From: the human T2T-CHM13v2.0 reference genome, Homo sapiens
Direction: 5' to 3' (one strand)
Length of the DNA stretch: 64,000 nt
NCBI RefSeq assembly: GCF_009914755.1
Contig: NC_060926.1
Below are positions 1-13,100 of the stretch, one piece after another. Each line of letters opens with the position of its first letter. The stretch's first letter is position 1. A model generated the notes under the pieces. That model worked only from the letters and a program-made list of their open reading frames with translations, was not told where the DNA came from and searched no databases. A program made the translations under genes and the position numbers.

Positions 1-1137
1 TACACTGGATAAAATAGCCTATTTGGTTCAGTTTTGGCCAAATGGAATTTTATCTCATTCACTTTTCTTTTGGTTAGGTAAGAAATTTTTTTGATGGCAT
101 TTTCCTAGGAAGCTTATGATGAAAAGAGAGAATAGTAATATGCCTCTGAAAACCCTGGGCCTAACTCCTCCTCTAGCATGAACATGAGCATATTACTAAC
201 CCTAATTAAGTGATTCTCTGCTTGGATTCAATGGAAACATAACACTCTTTCTTATAGGGGGCAGATAATCATGTTTTGAAATTTGATGTGAATTAAAGTA
301 AGATCTGGGACCTACTACTGTCCTACTAGAGAGTTGTTACTAATGCAGGTTGTTGACTTCGTGACTTTTTGTTTTTTTGCAATCTGCCTTAATAACTCAA
401 GCTATAAATGTACTGGGGTAAAACAGTTGGAAGTATGTGGAGAAAGAACATTCTCCAAACAAGAAGAAATGAAGAGAAATTGCCCAGGATACAATGGACT
501 GTAATTGTTGTATGACTGGAAGCCCAGGTCCATGGTCAGCTTTGTTTGTTTGGAAGGAGAGAAGGAAATGAGAAGATCATCAAGAAAGAAGGGATGAAGC
601 ATGTCTGAAATTTTGATGAGTTAGACAAGTAAATTAAATCTTCAGTGGTTCAGGCAGGCAGCACAGATGCAAAATTGTAGCCCTTGAAAAAAAGGAAATA
701 GAACATAAGGCTTTTGCTACACATGTGATTAAATCTCATGGGTCCATGGAGAGGAAAATTGAGATGCCGGAGAAACAAATGATGCTGTAAAAACTGAAGT
801 GCACTGACTGAGGCAGAGGGTGAAGATTCCTGAGGGAGACAAAGTTGTTTTAATGATTTCTACTTGGAGCTAACTAAGAAGATAAGCTGGAACTTCCCCC
901 TGTTGAGGAATATAACTACTGACCTAGTCTTATAACCACATGTAGCCAATAATCTAGTAATTTAATAGTATGTATGAATGTATGCAAATGTATATTTATA
1001 TATACATATTAAAAATAACTGTTAGCCAAATAATATTCAGTGCTTGAGAAATCAGAATTGCAACAGACAATAGAATCGGATACAAATATTACTGATTATC
1101 TTTTGATCTTTTAAAGGTCGAGAAAATGTTTAGTCCT

Positions 1138-1497
1138 TGATGTGGTTTGGCTGTGTCCCCACCCAAATCTCATCTCATAGTTCCCATAATACCCTTATGT
1201 CATAGGAAGGACCTGGTGAGAGGTAATTGAATCATGGAGGCAGTTCCCCTCTGCTGTTCTTGTGATAGTGAGTTCTCATGATATCTCATGGTTTTATAAG
1301 AGGCTTTCCCCCTTTGCTCGGCACTTCTCTCTCCTGCCACCATGTGAGGAAAGATGTGTTTGCTTCCCCTTCCATCATTATTCCATCATTATTGTAAGTT
1401 TCCTGAGGCCTCCCCAGCCATGTGGAACTGTGAGTCAATTAAACATCTTTCCTTTATAAATTACCCAGTCTTGGGCACATGAGAATGGACTAATATA
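1138..1497 (+). mobile_element. THE1-family (ERVL-MaLR) solo LTR
   Basis: Starts TGATGTGGTTTGGCTGTGTCCCCACCCAAATCTCATC, ends GGACTAATATA; 5-bp TSD GTCCT at 1133-1137 and 1498-1502. Confidence 0.92.
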
Positions 1498-1569
1498 GTC
1501 CTTGTACATATAGTTTATCGAATATTTAAATAAATGAGATAAGAAAATTTGTATCATTTTTGTATTTCC

Positions 1570-1978
1570 TCATGTGGATTGAATCTGTGGCCCTGCTGAA
1601 ATCTCATGTCAAATTGTAATTCCCAGTTTTGGAGGTGGGGCCTAGTAGGAGGTAACTGGATCATGGGGGCACTTTCTCATGAATGGTTTAGCACCATCTC
1701 TGTTGGTACTGTCCTTGCCATAGTGAGTTCTCATGATATCTGGTTGTTTAAAAGTGTGTGGCTCCTCCCCTGCCTCTTGCTCCAGCTTCTGCCATGTAAG
1801 ATGCTTGTTTCCACTCTGCCTTCTGCCATGAGTAAAAGCTCCCTGAGGCTTTCCTACAAGCAGATGCTGTCATGCTACCTGTACACCCTGCAGAACCATG
1901 AACCAATTAAGCCTCCTGTCTTATAAATTACCCAATCTCAGGTATTTCTTTATAGCAATGCAAGAACTGACTAATACA
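1570..1978 (+). mobile_element. MST-family (MSTB-like) MaLR solo LTR
   Basis: AAATCTCATGTCAAATTGTAATTCCCAG...GGAGGTGGGGCC body, end AAATTACCCAATCTCAGGTATTTCTTTATAGCAATGCAAGAACTGACTAATACA; TSD TTTCC at 1565-1569 and 1979-1983. Confidence 0.9.
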
Positions 1979-2152
1979 TTTCCCAAACCGATTATTATTT
2001 CCCTTGTGTGTATGTGCAGGAAATCATACAGAATCAATTGGTTCAGAGTCTCATTGATAAAAATCCCTTTGTATGACAGCCAGTTGCTGATTGGTATTTT
2101 GTCAGTCAATTCCTTATTTCCCTAACTGCCCTGCTCACTGCCCAACACTTAC

Positions 2153-2222
2153 CTCCCCCTTTGCAAGCTCCTTTGCTTCTGGTATGCTCCTTGAGTGGTC
2201 CATGGTGCTGGTGGGTTACAAT
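2153..2222 (-). other. Candidate 70-nt exon containing a Kozak ATG (unverified)
   Basis: Minus strand: acceptor cacttttacatag, GCACCATGG (ATG at 2203-2201), 17 codons MDHSRSIPEAKELAKGE, consensus donor GAG|GTAAGT; no protein recognised. Confidence 0.3.
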
Positions 2223-2575
2223 CTATGTAAAAGTGCTTATGAATAAAATATCATGCTGTCTTCCATGTTTATGTTGAAGGGACCTCAGTCAGTTGAAGGG
2301 ACCTCCAAGCAAAACATAATTGGCAGGGAATATGGAAGACAGGGCACATAGTATGCAGGAAATATGAAAAACAGTTTCATGAGAATCTGTTGAAAAATAT
2401 TAGGTACTTAAATTGACTTGGAGTAATTACTGAATAAGTCTGTGAAAGTTTGCAAATAGTAACAGTAATTATTTTCAAGGAAATAAACATCTCCACTCTT
2501 AAGTCACAAAAAAGAACATGGAACACTTCAGAGGAGAAATCCAAAGCAATCCAAAAGAGGAACAGTTATCTTAAC

Positions 2576-3026
2576 TGTCAGGCCTCTGAGCCCAAGCCAA
2601 GCCATCGCATCCCCTGTGACCTGCACATATACGCCCAGATGGCCTGAAGTAACTGAAGAATCACAAAAGAAGTGAATATGCCCTGCCCCACCTTAACTGA
2701 TGACATTCCACCACAAAAGAAGTGTAAATGGCCGGTCCTTGCCTTAACTGATGACATTACCTTGTGAAAGTCCCTTTCCTGGCTCATCCGGGCTCAAGAA
2801 GCACCCCCACTGAGCACCTTGCGACCCCCACTCCTGCCTGCCAGAGAACAAACCCCCTTTGACTGTAATTTTCCTTTACCTACCCAAATCCTATAAAACG
2901 GCCCCACCCTTATCTCCCTTCGCTGACTCTCTTTTCGGACTCAGCCCACCTGCACCCAGGTGATTAAAAGCTTTATTGCTCACACAAAGCCTGTTTGGTG
3001 GTCTCTTCACATGGACGCGCATGAAA
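2576..3026 (+). mobile_element. Solo LTR7 (HERV-H LTR)
   Basis: TGTCAGGCCTCTGAGCCCAAGCCAAGCCATCGCATCC start, CACATGGACGCGCATGAAA end, 451 bp, TSD TTAAC at 2571-2575 and 3027-3031. Confidence 0.97.
2663..2968 (+). promoter_or_regulatory. LTR7 U3 enhancer/promoter motifs
   Basis: ACAAAAGA at 2663-2670 and 2713-2720 (SOX-type motif), TATAAAA at 2892-2898, ATTAAA poly(A) signal at 2963-2968; activity not shown. Confidence 0.7.
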
Positions 3027-5399
3027 TTAACCACACTTATTTAAGAGTTTCAGAATTTCCTGTGTAGGAGAATTTGAAACTGGTATCAGAATTCCCCTGT
3101 ATATTATGCACAATGTATTTATACATCCTAAATTGACGACTAAACAATGCACAATATAGAAGGCTGCTTACTGTTCTCATCACCTCATGTGAGTTCAGAC
3201 ATTTACAATTTCTATTTCTTTTTTAAAAATAAATATCTGAGTTAAAGGGCCCCTTTGAGTTTCCTAATGACTAATATTCAAAGTTATACACTGTCTGACT
3301 TTCATGAAGTGAAGATTCTGATGTCCAGAGTAAATAAAACAAGCAAGCAACATCGTTTACCAAAAACGTGAGACCAAAATGAAGGTGTGTGAGTCATGTA
3401 TTAGGAGTATTCATAGAACAGGGTTCATTTCCAGTAGAATTTTTTTCATTTTCACATCCTGTTATACTAGATGAGATTCTCTCACATACTCTAATTCTAT
3501 TTCTTTCTTTCCCATGTATCCTGTCTCTGAATTCAGTCTTGTGGAATAATTAACACATTAAATGAGTTCAAAAGTCACTATAAACACAGCATATGTTGTT
3601 GGGTTTTTGCTAAAATGCACAATTGAACTGATATTTCTTGACAGGTGACTAAACTTGTTTTAACACATAGGTTAAGTTAGTTTTCAAAAATGGCTTTGAG
3701 AGTCACTGTTTTCTTTGGGTGTATATTTTTTAAAAATAAGTCCCTAATAGGCAATCTTAAAATGTGAGAACATTCTTTTTTGGGGGCTACTAAGCATATG
3801 GAGTGTTTACTACACTTTCAGAAAGTTATGAATTAATGGAAAATAAGGTTCTGTTATGCACTGGTGGTGCAGCTTTGCAACATAATGTATCTTAGGCTGA
3901 TTACAATTCAGCTTTTCAGCAGGAAGCTACATAGTCAAAGCTTTTGGATTTAGAATAATTTGGCTGAAATGATGTGAAAATAATGTCACTGTTTCAGTTA
4001 TTCCATCTTATCTCTGTTCAGATAATGGTAATGCTGTGCTAAAGTGAGATTGTCCATCTCTGATTACAGCTAATTAATTCTGCATATATTCATCCAATAC
4101 ATAAGGATCTCAGAAGTTTTCCATGGGCTTATATTATTAACAGGATCAACCATTTTACCTCACAAATATTAATATTTAAGGTCCTGGCTCATTTCTTTCT
4201 TGTTGGAACTCTTTGGCAACGCACTAAGTATAAGAGAGACAACACGAAACCTTTGTTGACTTAAATTTCAAAGAATAGGGATGTATTTTAATTCAATCAA
4301 CATAGTGGCCTCTAGCCTATGCCATTGATTTTAACTGGAGTTAATATCTATTCATTTAAACAATAAGAATACCAGTGAACACTGGTCATCAGTCGGGGAA
4401 TGTTATGTATATCTTTGCGTCGCTATCTAAAACTCTTTCCATTGGCCTTTCTTGATACTCATAAGTCATTAAGAGAGCTTCAAAGAGCTAGACTTTCAAT
4501 CTTCAGTAGGATAGAACACCTTGGGAGGAGTTCATACATCTGATTCCTTTCTGAATATTTCAGCTGAGCAGCACACTTTTGGAAGTGAAGAGGGTGGAAA
4601 CATGAAAGAAAAATAAAATAGTTCGAAATGCAGAAAAACAGCTCTGTAAAAGGGTCTGAGGAATAAGAAACCACCTTGTAGTTGAAAGTTTGCCTGCCTA
4701 GTCTTGATGAAAAATAATATTATGAGAAAAACAGACTGTCAACTTAGCTCAATATTATTTCCTCCAGAATTAGTTACATGAGTGACCAGCTATTCACAAT
4801 TTAACTGGAATTTTGTTTGCAAAATTTAAAAAATAATCCATCTATATCTAATTTATAATTATGTCTATGCATCTTTATGACATTCCTTCAAAAATTAAAA
4901 GATATTTTTCTCAGTTGGCATAAATACACATATAAGCATGTAAGTGTATAGTATGGATAGGTATCAACTAAATGAAATATGCTTCAATGTATAATTATAT
5001 ATTTATAAATATAAGCTTTTGTGAAATTTAATTATTGAGATTAAAAAGCAACTTGCTAGATTCTCCTAGAATGTAAACTCCCTTTGAGGACTCAGGTACT
5101 TACTGATTTGCTATCTAGTAGTATTGAGGTAATATTTTATTGTTCCTTTTTTACATAAATTCATTCATCTTAAATCACTTTATGCTTATTTGATGTATGA
5201 ATATGTGAGTATGTAAGCAGTGTGAAAATTACTGGGTTATTATTTAGTCTTTATTCATTCTCATCTTTTATATTTAGAATTTTTTTTTAAGCAAGAATTT
5301 CACGCACTAGTTTAAACTCCTGGCAAAACCAGTCTTTCCAGTGAGTCACATCAAAGAGCATAGTGTAGGAAGTTACAAGACTTCATTTAGCATAACATA

Positions 5400-5630
5400 G
5401 CACCCCAGTGGGGGAAAGCAGACATCTGGGAATAGAAAGCCTCAAGTTCATGTCCTGGCTGCCTTTCCTAGTATCGCCATGAGTTGGAGGAGTCATTTAA
5501 AAATCCCTAAGCTTCAGTTTTCTCAGGGAAATTGGAAATAAAATACCTTCGATTTCTTCTGTACCATCAAATATTTTATGTGAAGACACTTTGAAACCAG
5601 AAAGTGTCATACAAATATCAAGCATTAGTA
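5400..5630 (+). mobile_element. MIR SINE remnant
   Basis: Degenerate core AGTCATTTAAAAATCCCTAAGCTTCAGTTTTCTC...GGAAATAAAATACCT; boundaries approximate. Confidence 0.55.
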
Positions 5631-5761
5631 TAAATTCAGGAGTTAAAGCATTCTTTGAAATAATTATTTCAAGCCATTATGTTTTGTACAAAATAAGAGA
5701 TAAGCTGATTTTTTTTTTGAATTGCTATGGGTTTTTGCCTCTTTCAGATGACCTTAGAAGG

Positions 5762-6107
5762 TGTCTTGGTCCATTTTGCATTGCTATAAACGAATACCTG
5801 AGCCTGGGTAATTTATAAAGAAATTTTGACTCATAAACATTTTGGCTTTATAGAGAAAATTGGCTCATGGTTCTGCACGTGGTACAAGAAACATGGCACA
5901 TGGGGAGGGTGCTATGCTCTTTTAAACAACCAGCTCTCAAGGGTAATATTAGAGCAAGAACTCACTCATTGATGCAAGCAGGGCACCAAGTTGTTCATGG
6001 GGTATCTGCCCTCATCACCCAAACACCTCCTACCAGGCTCCACCATCAACACTGGAGATCAAATTTCAACATGAGATTTGGAGAGGAAAAATATCCAAAC
6101 TATATCA
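5762..6107 (-). mobile_element. MST-family MaLR solo LTR (internally rearranged)
   Basis: TGTCTTGGTCCATTTTGCATTGCTATAAACGAATACCTGAG...CCAAACTATATCA; near-TSD GAAGG/GAAGA. Confidence 0.85.
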
Positions 6108-6519
6108 GAAGAATAGAGAAGTATTTTTTTAAAAAAAGTCTACAAAGTGTTATTGCCATAATCTTTTTATGGTTTAATATCATCAGTGAACAATAAGTAG
6201 GACATAGCATGAGAGTCATCTTGTTAAATGGAATGCTGAATTACTCAGAGGTAAAATTAAGAAGGACTTTAGAGTATTAGTGAAGTCAGGACACTCAAAA
6301 AGTTATTTTTTATATTTTAAAGAAGGTATTGGAGCACTTTCCCCACAGGGAAAGAACAGAAGTTTTCTTTAACCTCTTTATATTTATTTATGGTTAATAC
6401 TGTTCTTTTTGCTTATTTTACGTGAAGGCAGGATTATATTTTTAGTAGATAGGGGCCTCAAATGTCCTAATTTGGTCCTGCATATAATCTTCAAGACAGC
6501 TTCAAAACAGGTAGGCATT

Positions 6520-8945
6520 ACTGTTTTAATAATTCTAGCATATTTTTGAGGTATAATTTATATATTATAAAATTTATTTGTAAGCATACAATTCTTTTTA
6601 TAAATTTATATTGTTGTGCAACCATCACCACAATGTTCCAGAGCATTTCTATCAACCTAAAAAAGTTCTCTGTCAGTCTGCAGTCATTCTCTGTTTCCAT
6701 TTGCAGCTGCAGGTAACTACTAATCTGATTTCTGTCTATATAGATTTGCCCTGTGTATGGAAATCTCCTAGAAATTAAATCATACAATATGTAGTTTTTT
6801 GTGTCTGGTTGCTCTCACTTAGCATAATGGTTTTGAGTTTGATACATATTGTAGCATGTGTATCAAGAGTTTGCTTCTTTATATACTGTTAAATAATAGT
6901 TTGTTGTGTGGATATGCCACATTTTGTTTATCCACTCACCAGATAATGCATATTTGCATTATTTCCAGTCTGAGATTTTATGAATAAAGCTGCTGTAAAC
7001 ATTTGTATACATTTTTTTGGTGGACCTAAGTTTTATTTCTATTGTATAGATAACCAGGAGTGAAATTTCTGGATTGCATGGTAAGGATCTGTTTAACTTT
7101 TTAAGAAACTGCAAAATTGGTTTTCAAAGTCATTGTATTATTTTAAATTCTCACTAGAAATGTATGAGGGTTTGGTGTTTTCATATCTTTAGTATCATCA
7201 GTCTTTTGCATTATAGACATTCTGGTGAGAGAGCAGTGGTGTCTCATTATGGTTTTAATTTGCATTTCCCTATGACTAATGATGTTTAATATCCTTTCAT
7301 GTGTTTATTAAATACTTGTATATCTTATTTGGTGAAATGTTTATGTAGACCTTTTGCCTGTTTTTTAACTGGGTGTTTTCTTATTGACTTGTAAGGGTTC
7401 TTTATATTTTCTATATAGAAGTCCTTTATCAGATAGATGATGATATATGATTTGCAAGTAATTTCTCCTAGATTGTGGCTTGTCTTTTCATTTTCTTCTT
7501 TGCTTTTCTTTTGAAGAGCGACAGTTTTAATTATTAAAATGTTCAGCTTATCAGTTTTTATAGATCCTATTTTTAGTGCCACATGTAACAAAAATCTTAT
7601 GCTTAACCCAATATCACAAAAATTTTCTTATGCTTTCTTCTAAAAGTATTAGATTTTTATTTAAGTCTGTGATTCATTTTGAATTAATTTCTGTGTATGA
7701 TGTGAGATAATTATATATAAAATATGTGAGGTAGTTATACCTATATGCATAAATTAGTTTACCTCATAGCATACACAAAAATTATATCTATATTTGGCAT
7801 ATAGGTAGACGTTGCCCATCATACGTTTGATAAAAACACTATTGTTTCTCCATTGAATTGTCTGGACCTTTGATAAAATTAACTGATCATATATTTAAGG
7901 GTTTACTTTTGGGATTTATTATGTTCCATGGATCTATATATTTATGCCAATATCACACTGTAGATTACTGTAACTTTGTAATAAGTGTGTAAATCAGGCA
8001 ATGTAAGTCCCATTGTTTTCTTTTTTAAAAAATTGTTTTAGCTATTCTAAGTCCTTTACATTTTTATACAAGTTTTAAGTTCAGATTGTCAAGTTCTACA
8101 AAAATGGCTACTGGGATTTTAACAAGAAGTGTACTAAATTGATAGATTAATTTGGGTGGCAAATTACATTATTATCAATCTAAACAAGTGATGGATCTCC
8201 CCATTTACTTAGTTCTTTAATTTCTCTCAGCAATATTTTCTGTGTGCACGTTCTTGTACTTCTGTTAAGTTCATTCCTAAATATTTTAATATTTTATAGC
8301 ATTATAAATGGATTTGTCTCAATTTCCTTTTGATATTGTTTGTTGCTAGTTTATAGAACTAAACTTAATTTTTAAATCTTGTTTTTTATGACCTACTAAA
8401 CTTATTTTTCCTAGTATTGTTTTCTTTTCCTCTTCTGCAAATTCCTTAGGAAATTCTACATGGACAATCGGGTCATTTGTGAATAAACAGTTTCACTTCT
8501 TTCCTTGCAATCTTATACTTTTTATTTCGTTTTCTTTTCTTACTGCACTGACTAGAACATACAGTATAATGTTTGTTAACTAGAAGTGGTGAAAATCAAC
8601 ACTTGGTCTTCTCCCTAATCTTAAGAAGGAAAGTATTTCATCTTTCATTACTAAGTATGACGTTAGCTGTAGTTTTTTCTTAGATGTCTTTATGAAATTT
8701 AGGACGTTCTCTTCTAATTCTAGTTTCTTCAGATATTTTATTATTTAAATAAATTGTTCTTTTTTTCTATTGATATAGTATATTAATTAAGTTTTTAGAT
8801 ATTAAGCTAATCCTGCATTCCTGGTACAAATCCCACTTGGTTATCCTTTCTATATGTTGGAATTGTTTACTACTGTTTGTTTAAAAATATTTTAAATTTA
8901 TATGAAGGATATTGGTTTGTACATTTCTTTTCTTGTTACTTTATT
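6520..8945 (-). mobile_element. Old L1M (L1MB/MC-type) 3' UTR plus ORF2 remnant
   Basis: T-rich antisense L1 motifs such as TTGTGCAACCATCACCACAA, GGTTTTAATTTGCATTTCCCTATGACTAATGATG, ATCCCACTTGGT; boundaries approximate. Confidence 0.85.
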
Positions 8946-9659
8946 TGAGATCCCATTTAGTGTCCTTTTCCTCAAGGTCTACCTTTCCAGACTTTGTTTC
9001 CCTATTCATCTTATAATAAATCATGGCATTGCCTTACACTATCCTTTGCACTACCACAAAGGGATCAGTTGTTTATTAAAATCTCATCTTACACAGCATA
9101 AAGCTGTACTAAGGACTGTGCAAAGGATTCAAGAAAGGAGCCACACCCAACACTAAGCTGCTATCTAGGAGTTCCTGAATCTATCAGAGGCACCTTCCTA
9201 GACAAAGACTGGTGATTGCTTGGGTCTGGATTTCGAAGGCTCATTCTGTGCCAGATGCATTAGCACAGGGACGTTGCTGAATTTGGCGATTTGTTAGCCA
9301 CAGTAACTAAGAATACTTTATGACTAACTTCCATTCTTCAGCAGAGCTTGGGGCCATCAATCCAAAAATATGGGCTTATTTAAAACAAACAAGCAAAGAA
9401 GAAAACAATCAACAATCTAGTTACACCAGGTATATACTGTGAGAAGAATATTCTTTAAGAAATAAGTATAGTTCATAGAAGCCACAAGAAGAACCTCGTT
9501 TTCTTCGAGCCAATACATTCTATCATACAATAAAGAGTTCTGGCTGAAGTCAACATTACCTTGGTGTTCCTGAGGAGGGAGAGACTGAGTGAGGAATCTG
9601 CTGTTAACCCCTTCCTTACCACTCTGTATATGTTTTTTAGGTATTTTTTTTTTTTTTGG

Positions 9660-9850
9660 TTAAGTTATATACTTGGCATTTGTTTTTGTAAACGAATCTG
9701 AGGATTAATTTTTAAAAATACATGGTGGAGTTTAAGCCATTTATATTTACTGTTATAGTAGGTATACTTAGCTTTATTTCTGTAATTTTGTTGTATACTA
9801 TCTGTTATGAATTTTGACCATTTCTTTTTTAAAAACTGTATAAGCACGGA
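9660..9850 (-). mobile_element. Old L1 fragment (start of ORF2)
   Basis: TGGAGTTTAAGCCATTTATATTTACTGTTAT is the antisense of the L1 endonuclease N-terminal TxNxNGLNSP motif. Confidence 0.55.
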
Positions 9851-11019
9851 CTATTACGCTCTTATTTTATTTTCAATTCCTCCGAAGATTTCTTTTAAGG
9901 TTGTATAGATGTATTTTAACTTTAAAAATAAACTAAGAACACTATAACTAACACTATAACTGAAACTATATCATTTCATTCTACCTTTTATAAGAGGAAA
10001 GCTTTTAACCTCACCCTCCTCAGAATGAAGACTATTGAAAAGAGATGAACTTAATTTAAGCCGAGGAAAACAAAGAAGTCTTTGTGGAAGAAGTGGCATG
10101 TAAATTGGTTTTTGAACAGTTGATAGAAGACAAATAAGTAGAGCTAAAAAGAAATATATAACTAACTATTTGACAATTTTATAAATTATGTAAAATTACT
10201 CACTCATTCCATATTATCTTACAATAATGGTTACCATTGACTATTTTGTGATATGACCTTTGATTCAGAACCTGAATAGAGTACTCAGAACAAAAATCCT
10301 TCCAGCAGCAGCTGGAACTGTAAGTTTTTGGTAACAGGTGAGGAGACTCTTTCTGGATTGGAGACATAGGTACAGCTCCAGCAGACCTCTGGGGCAGGGA
10401 GCTCCAACCCTGACTGCAAAACAGATATTGAAAAAGTGCATCATCTAGAGAGAGTGTAAAATACAGTGTACATATCAGTTTTGAATGGAGAACATTTTGT
10501 GTCAGCCAAAGATATCAGTGCTATTGTATATATTTTTGTAATCTACATTTTTATGATTCAATAAAAATCTGCATCTGAAAGTATTTTTTCTATGCTATCC
10601 AAAATGCAGCTGCTTCTATACAGCAAAGACTTAATAAATGACTGTTGAATTGAGTGAATGCACGGATAAACACAGTTGTCAGATATGGCCCGGCCCTGAA
10701 GAGGTGAAATGTTTAATTTAGTCTGTATATTCACTTTCCATTTTGTTAATAAGAAACTACAGACTGAAGCTGCAAGATAACCTTTACTAATGAGAGTGAC
10801 ATTGCATACACAAACAACTGAAACGTCTTTACTAGGCTTGTAAAGTGTTTTCATTTTACAACCAAATTTGATTTGTCCTGCCAAATTTGCATTGCTCTGC
10901 TCATTATTATCAGTACCAGTCTCTTTCCTTTTTACCCATTTCTATTCAGGTCATAGACTAAATTGTAACTTTTTCAGCCAAATATTTTTTAATTTGAACA
11001 GTAATGATAGTAATGATCA

Positions 11020-11410
11020 CTGCTGTTAGTAAATAAGAGTTTTGGAGCCTGTAAAACTGGGATCCAGACCCTGGGTCATGGTAATTTTAGTAAGGCCACG
11101 TCAGGCTGCTCGGGAAACATTGTTTACCTTCTTTGGAGCCATTTTTTGAAATGAATTGCATTTGCTGAGAGCCTCTTGCCTTTCACATTTATACTATACC
11201 TACCCACAGATTCATAGTGAGCTTTATTTGAAGGAGTGTGTACAGAAATATACCATATAAATGCTTTTTTTCTATTATCATATCATGGCCAGAGCTAGTA
11301 ATCTTCAGTGTCAACACTATTTCACAGATGAGGAGCAGTGAAGATGTTTTACATACTTGGTGGCTAAATTGAGACAAAGCCCAATTCTGCCAACTCTCAG
11401 GCCAAAGTGT
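11020..11410. mobile_element. MIR remnants (two pieces, opposite orientations)
   Basis: TTGGAGCCTGTAAAACTGGGATCCAGACCCTGG and ATTTCACAGATGAGGAGCAGTGA core-like motifs. Confidence 0.4.
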
Positions 11411-12739
11411 CTCTAAATTTAAGGGATCACAACCAACGCTGCTACAAACATGGTCAACTCTCAGCCTCTAGGCTCAATAATTTGTGGGATGTCAGCATAG
11501 TTCCACTAACAGTTGGAACAGAATGATGGAGACAATCATGTTTGTGTTACGAAGGCCTGGAGCTCAGCCCTGCTAATCACAAAGGCACTCTCACCCCTTC
11601 GATGGGCGGGTGTAAACTTTAACTTGAACCCAACTTTTAGGTCAGAGCCATTCATCCAAAACAAGAGGTAAAGGATTTTTAATCCTTTCTATAGGCAACC
11701 CTTCAATTACACTGAATAACTTAAGAAAACCCTGTATATAAATTGTGACAGATTCTTAAGCTTAGTGTTTACCCAAAAGAAAATTTTAAAAGATAAAAAC
11801 ATATATAATGTATTTTCCTGGGTGTAATTTCTTACCTGGAAAGCAATTCTCTCAAGGACAGGCATCAGCTTAGGAGATATACGTTAGAAAAAGAAAAAAG
11901 ACATTTCAAAATATATTTTTCACACACTTTAAATGGTAATTAAAAACACCTTCATCCAAATTATAAGGAACCAGGGATCCCTCAAAGCAAACTAAGTATG
12001 AAAAATTGAATAAAACTTACACGTGTCTAAAACTTTATTATTTAAGCAGTGAAAATAGAAGGTTAACATGACTTGAGCAGACAAATTGAACTTTGGATAT
12101 AATATTCTACAGCTTCAAAATGATTATAATTTTGCGCATTGTTTCATTTTGCTTTCAAAAGAAAAAATGAGAAATGCAATTAATATGGTTTAACTCTGCA
12201 GGATAAATATTATTATTTAATGATGTATAAAACAACTCTATTCTAACAGCTTCATGCTGGGAACAAAAATGAAAAAAAATGTATGTATGCATGCATTTAA
12301 GAAATTCAGTTCTTTATTTTGAACACAAAGACTCATTTAACTTTGTTACCTATCAAGTGAGTATTTTGGGAAACATTATGCATGTCACATAATCCACAAA
12401 ACTCTAAATGTCATGCAAAATAAATGTAAGACATAAGGTCGGAAATCTAAGCATATCCATTTACTGATGAACCATTTTCGTTGCCCACTTCACTAATTCT
12501 ACTAATGTAAAAAATATGTCATAATAAATAATAATGTGGTTGGCATCACTGATTGAGTACTTGCTATAGATGGTCAAAACACACTCAGAGCTCAGTGCAT
12601 CTGCAGCTAGTGAAAATGATCATGGCCTTCAAGTTAAATTCTGCCTCCTGAGCCAGGCATTGAATGTTTTCACAAATCACACTATATTTCCAGTCTAACC
12701 CTCTTTTCTACGTTTCATGATGCTACCAGACAGTAAACC

Positions 12740-13100
12740 CATACTTTTCTGTGTTATGCTCATTCACCAAGGCTTTCATTCCTCTGAGCTTTTCCTTGTG
12801 TTGCTCCTTCCACCTGGAATGCTCTATCTGTACAATTTCACAGATGTCTGATTTGTACTTTCTGGAACACTTTCTGTGTTTCTTTCTTGTAGTAAAAGAA
12901 ACTTTTCTATTCATACATTCCTTTTCATGTCTTTTACTTTCCACTTGAACTGTAGTTATTTTTGATCATGTTCTATCTTTTCTATTAAATTGTAAGTTTC
13001 ACAAAGACATAGACCATGCATTAATTATTCTCATGTGTTTTTCATACCTCCTTGGAAAGTACCTTCTATAGGTTCCTAGTAAATGTCTTTTAAAGAATAC
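12740..13100 (+). mobile_element. L2 LINE 3' end
   Basis: TTGCTCCTTCCACCTGGAATGCTCT and AAATTGTAAGTTTCACAAAGACATAGACCATG match L2 3' motifs. Confidence 0.6.

Noticed and set aside
2273-2305. 14-bp direct repeat GTTGAAGGGACCTC
   Set aside because: Simple local duplication with no further structure
9555-9590. 10-nt minus-strand exon (ctccctcctcag|GAACACCAAG|gtaatg)
   Set aside because: Frame-shifting length, competing upstream AG and weaker donor; expected by chance
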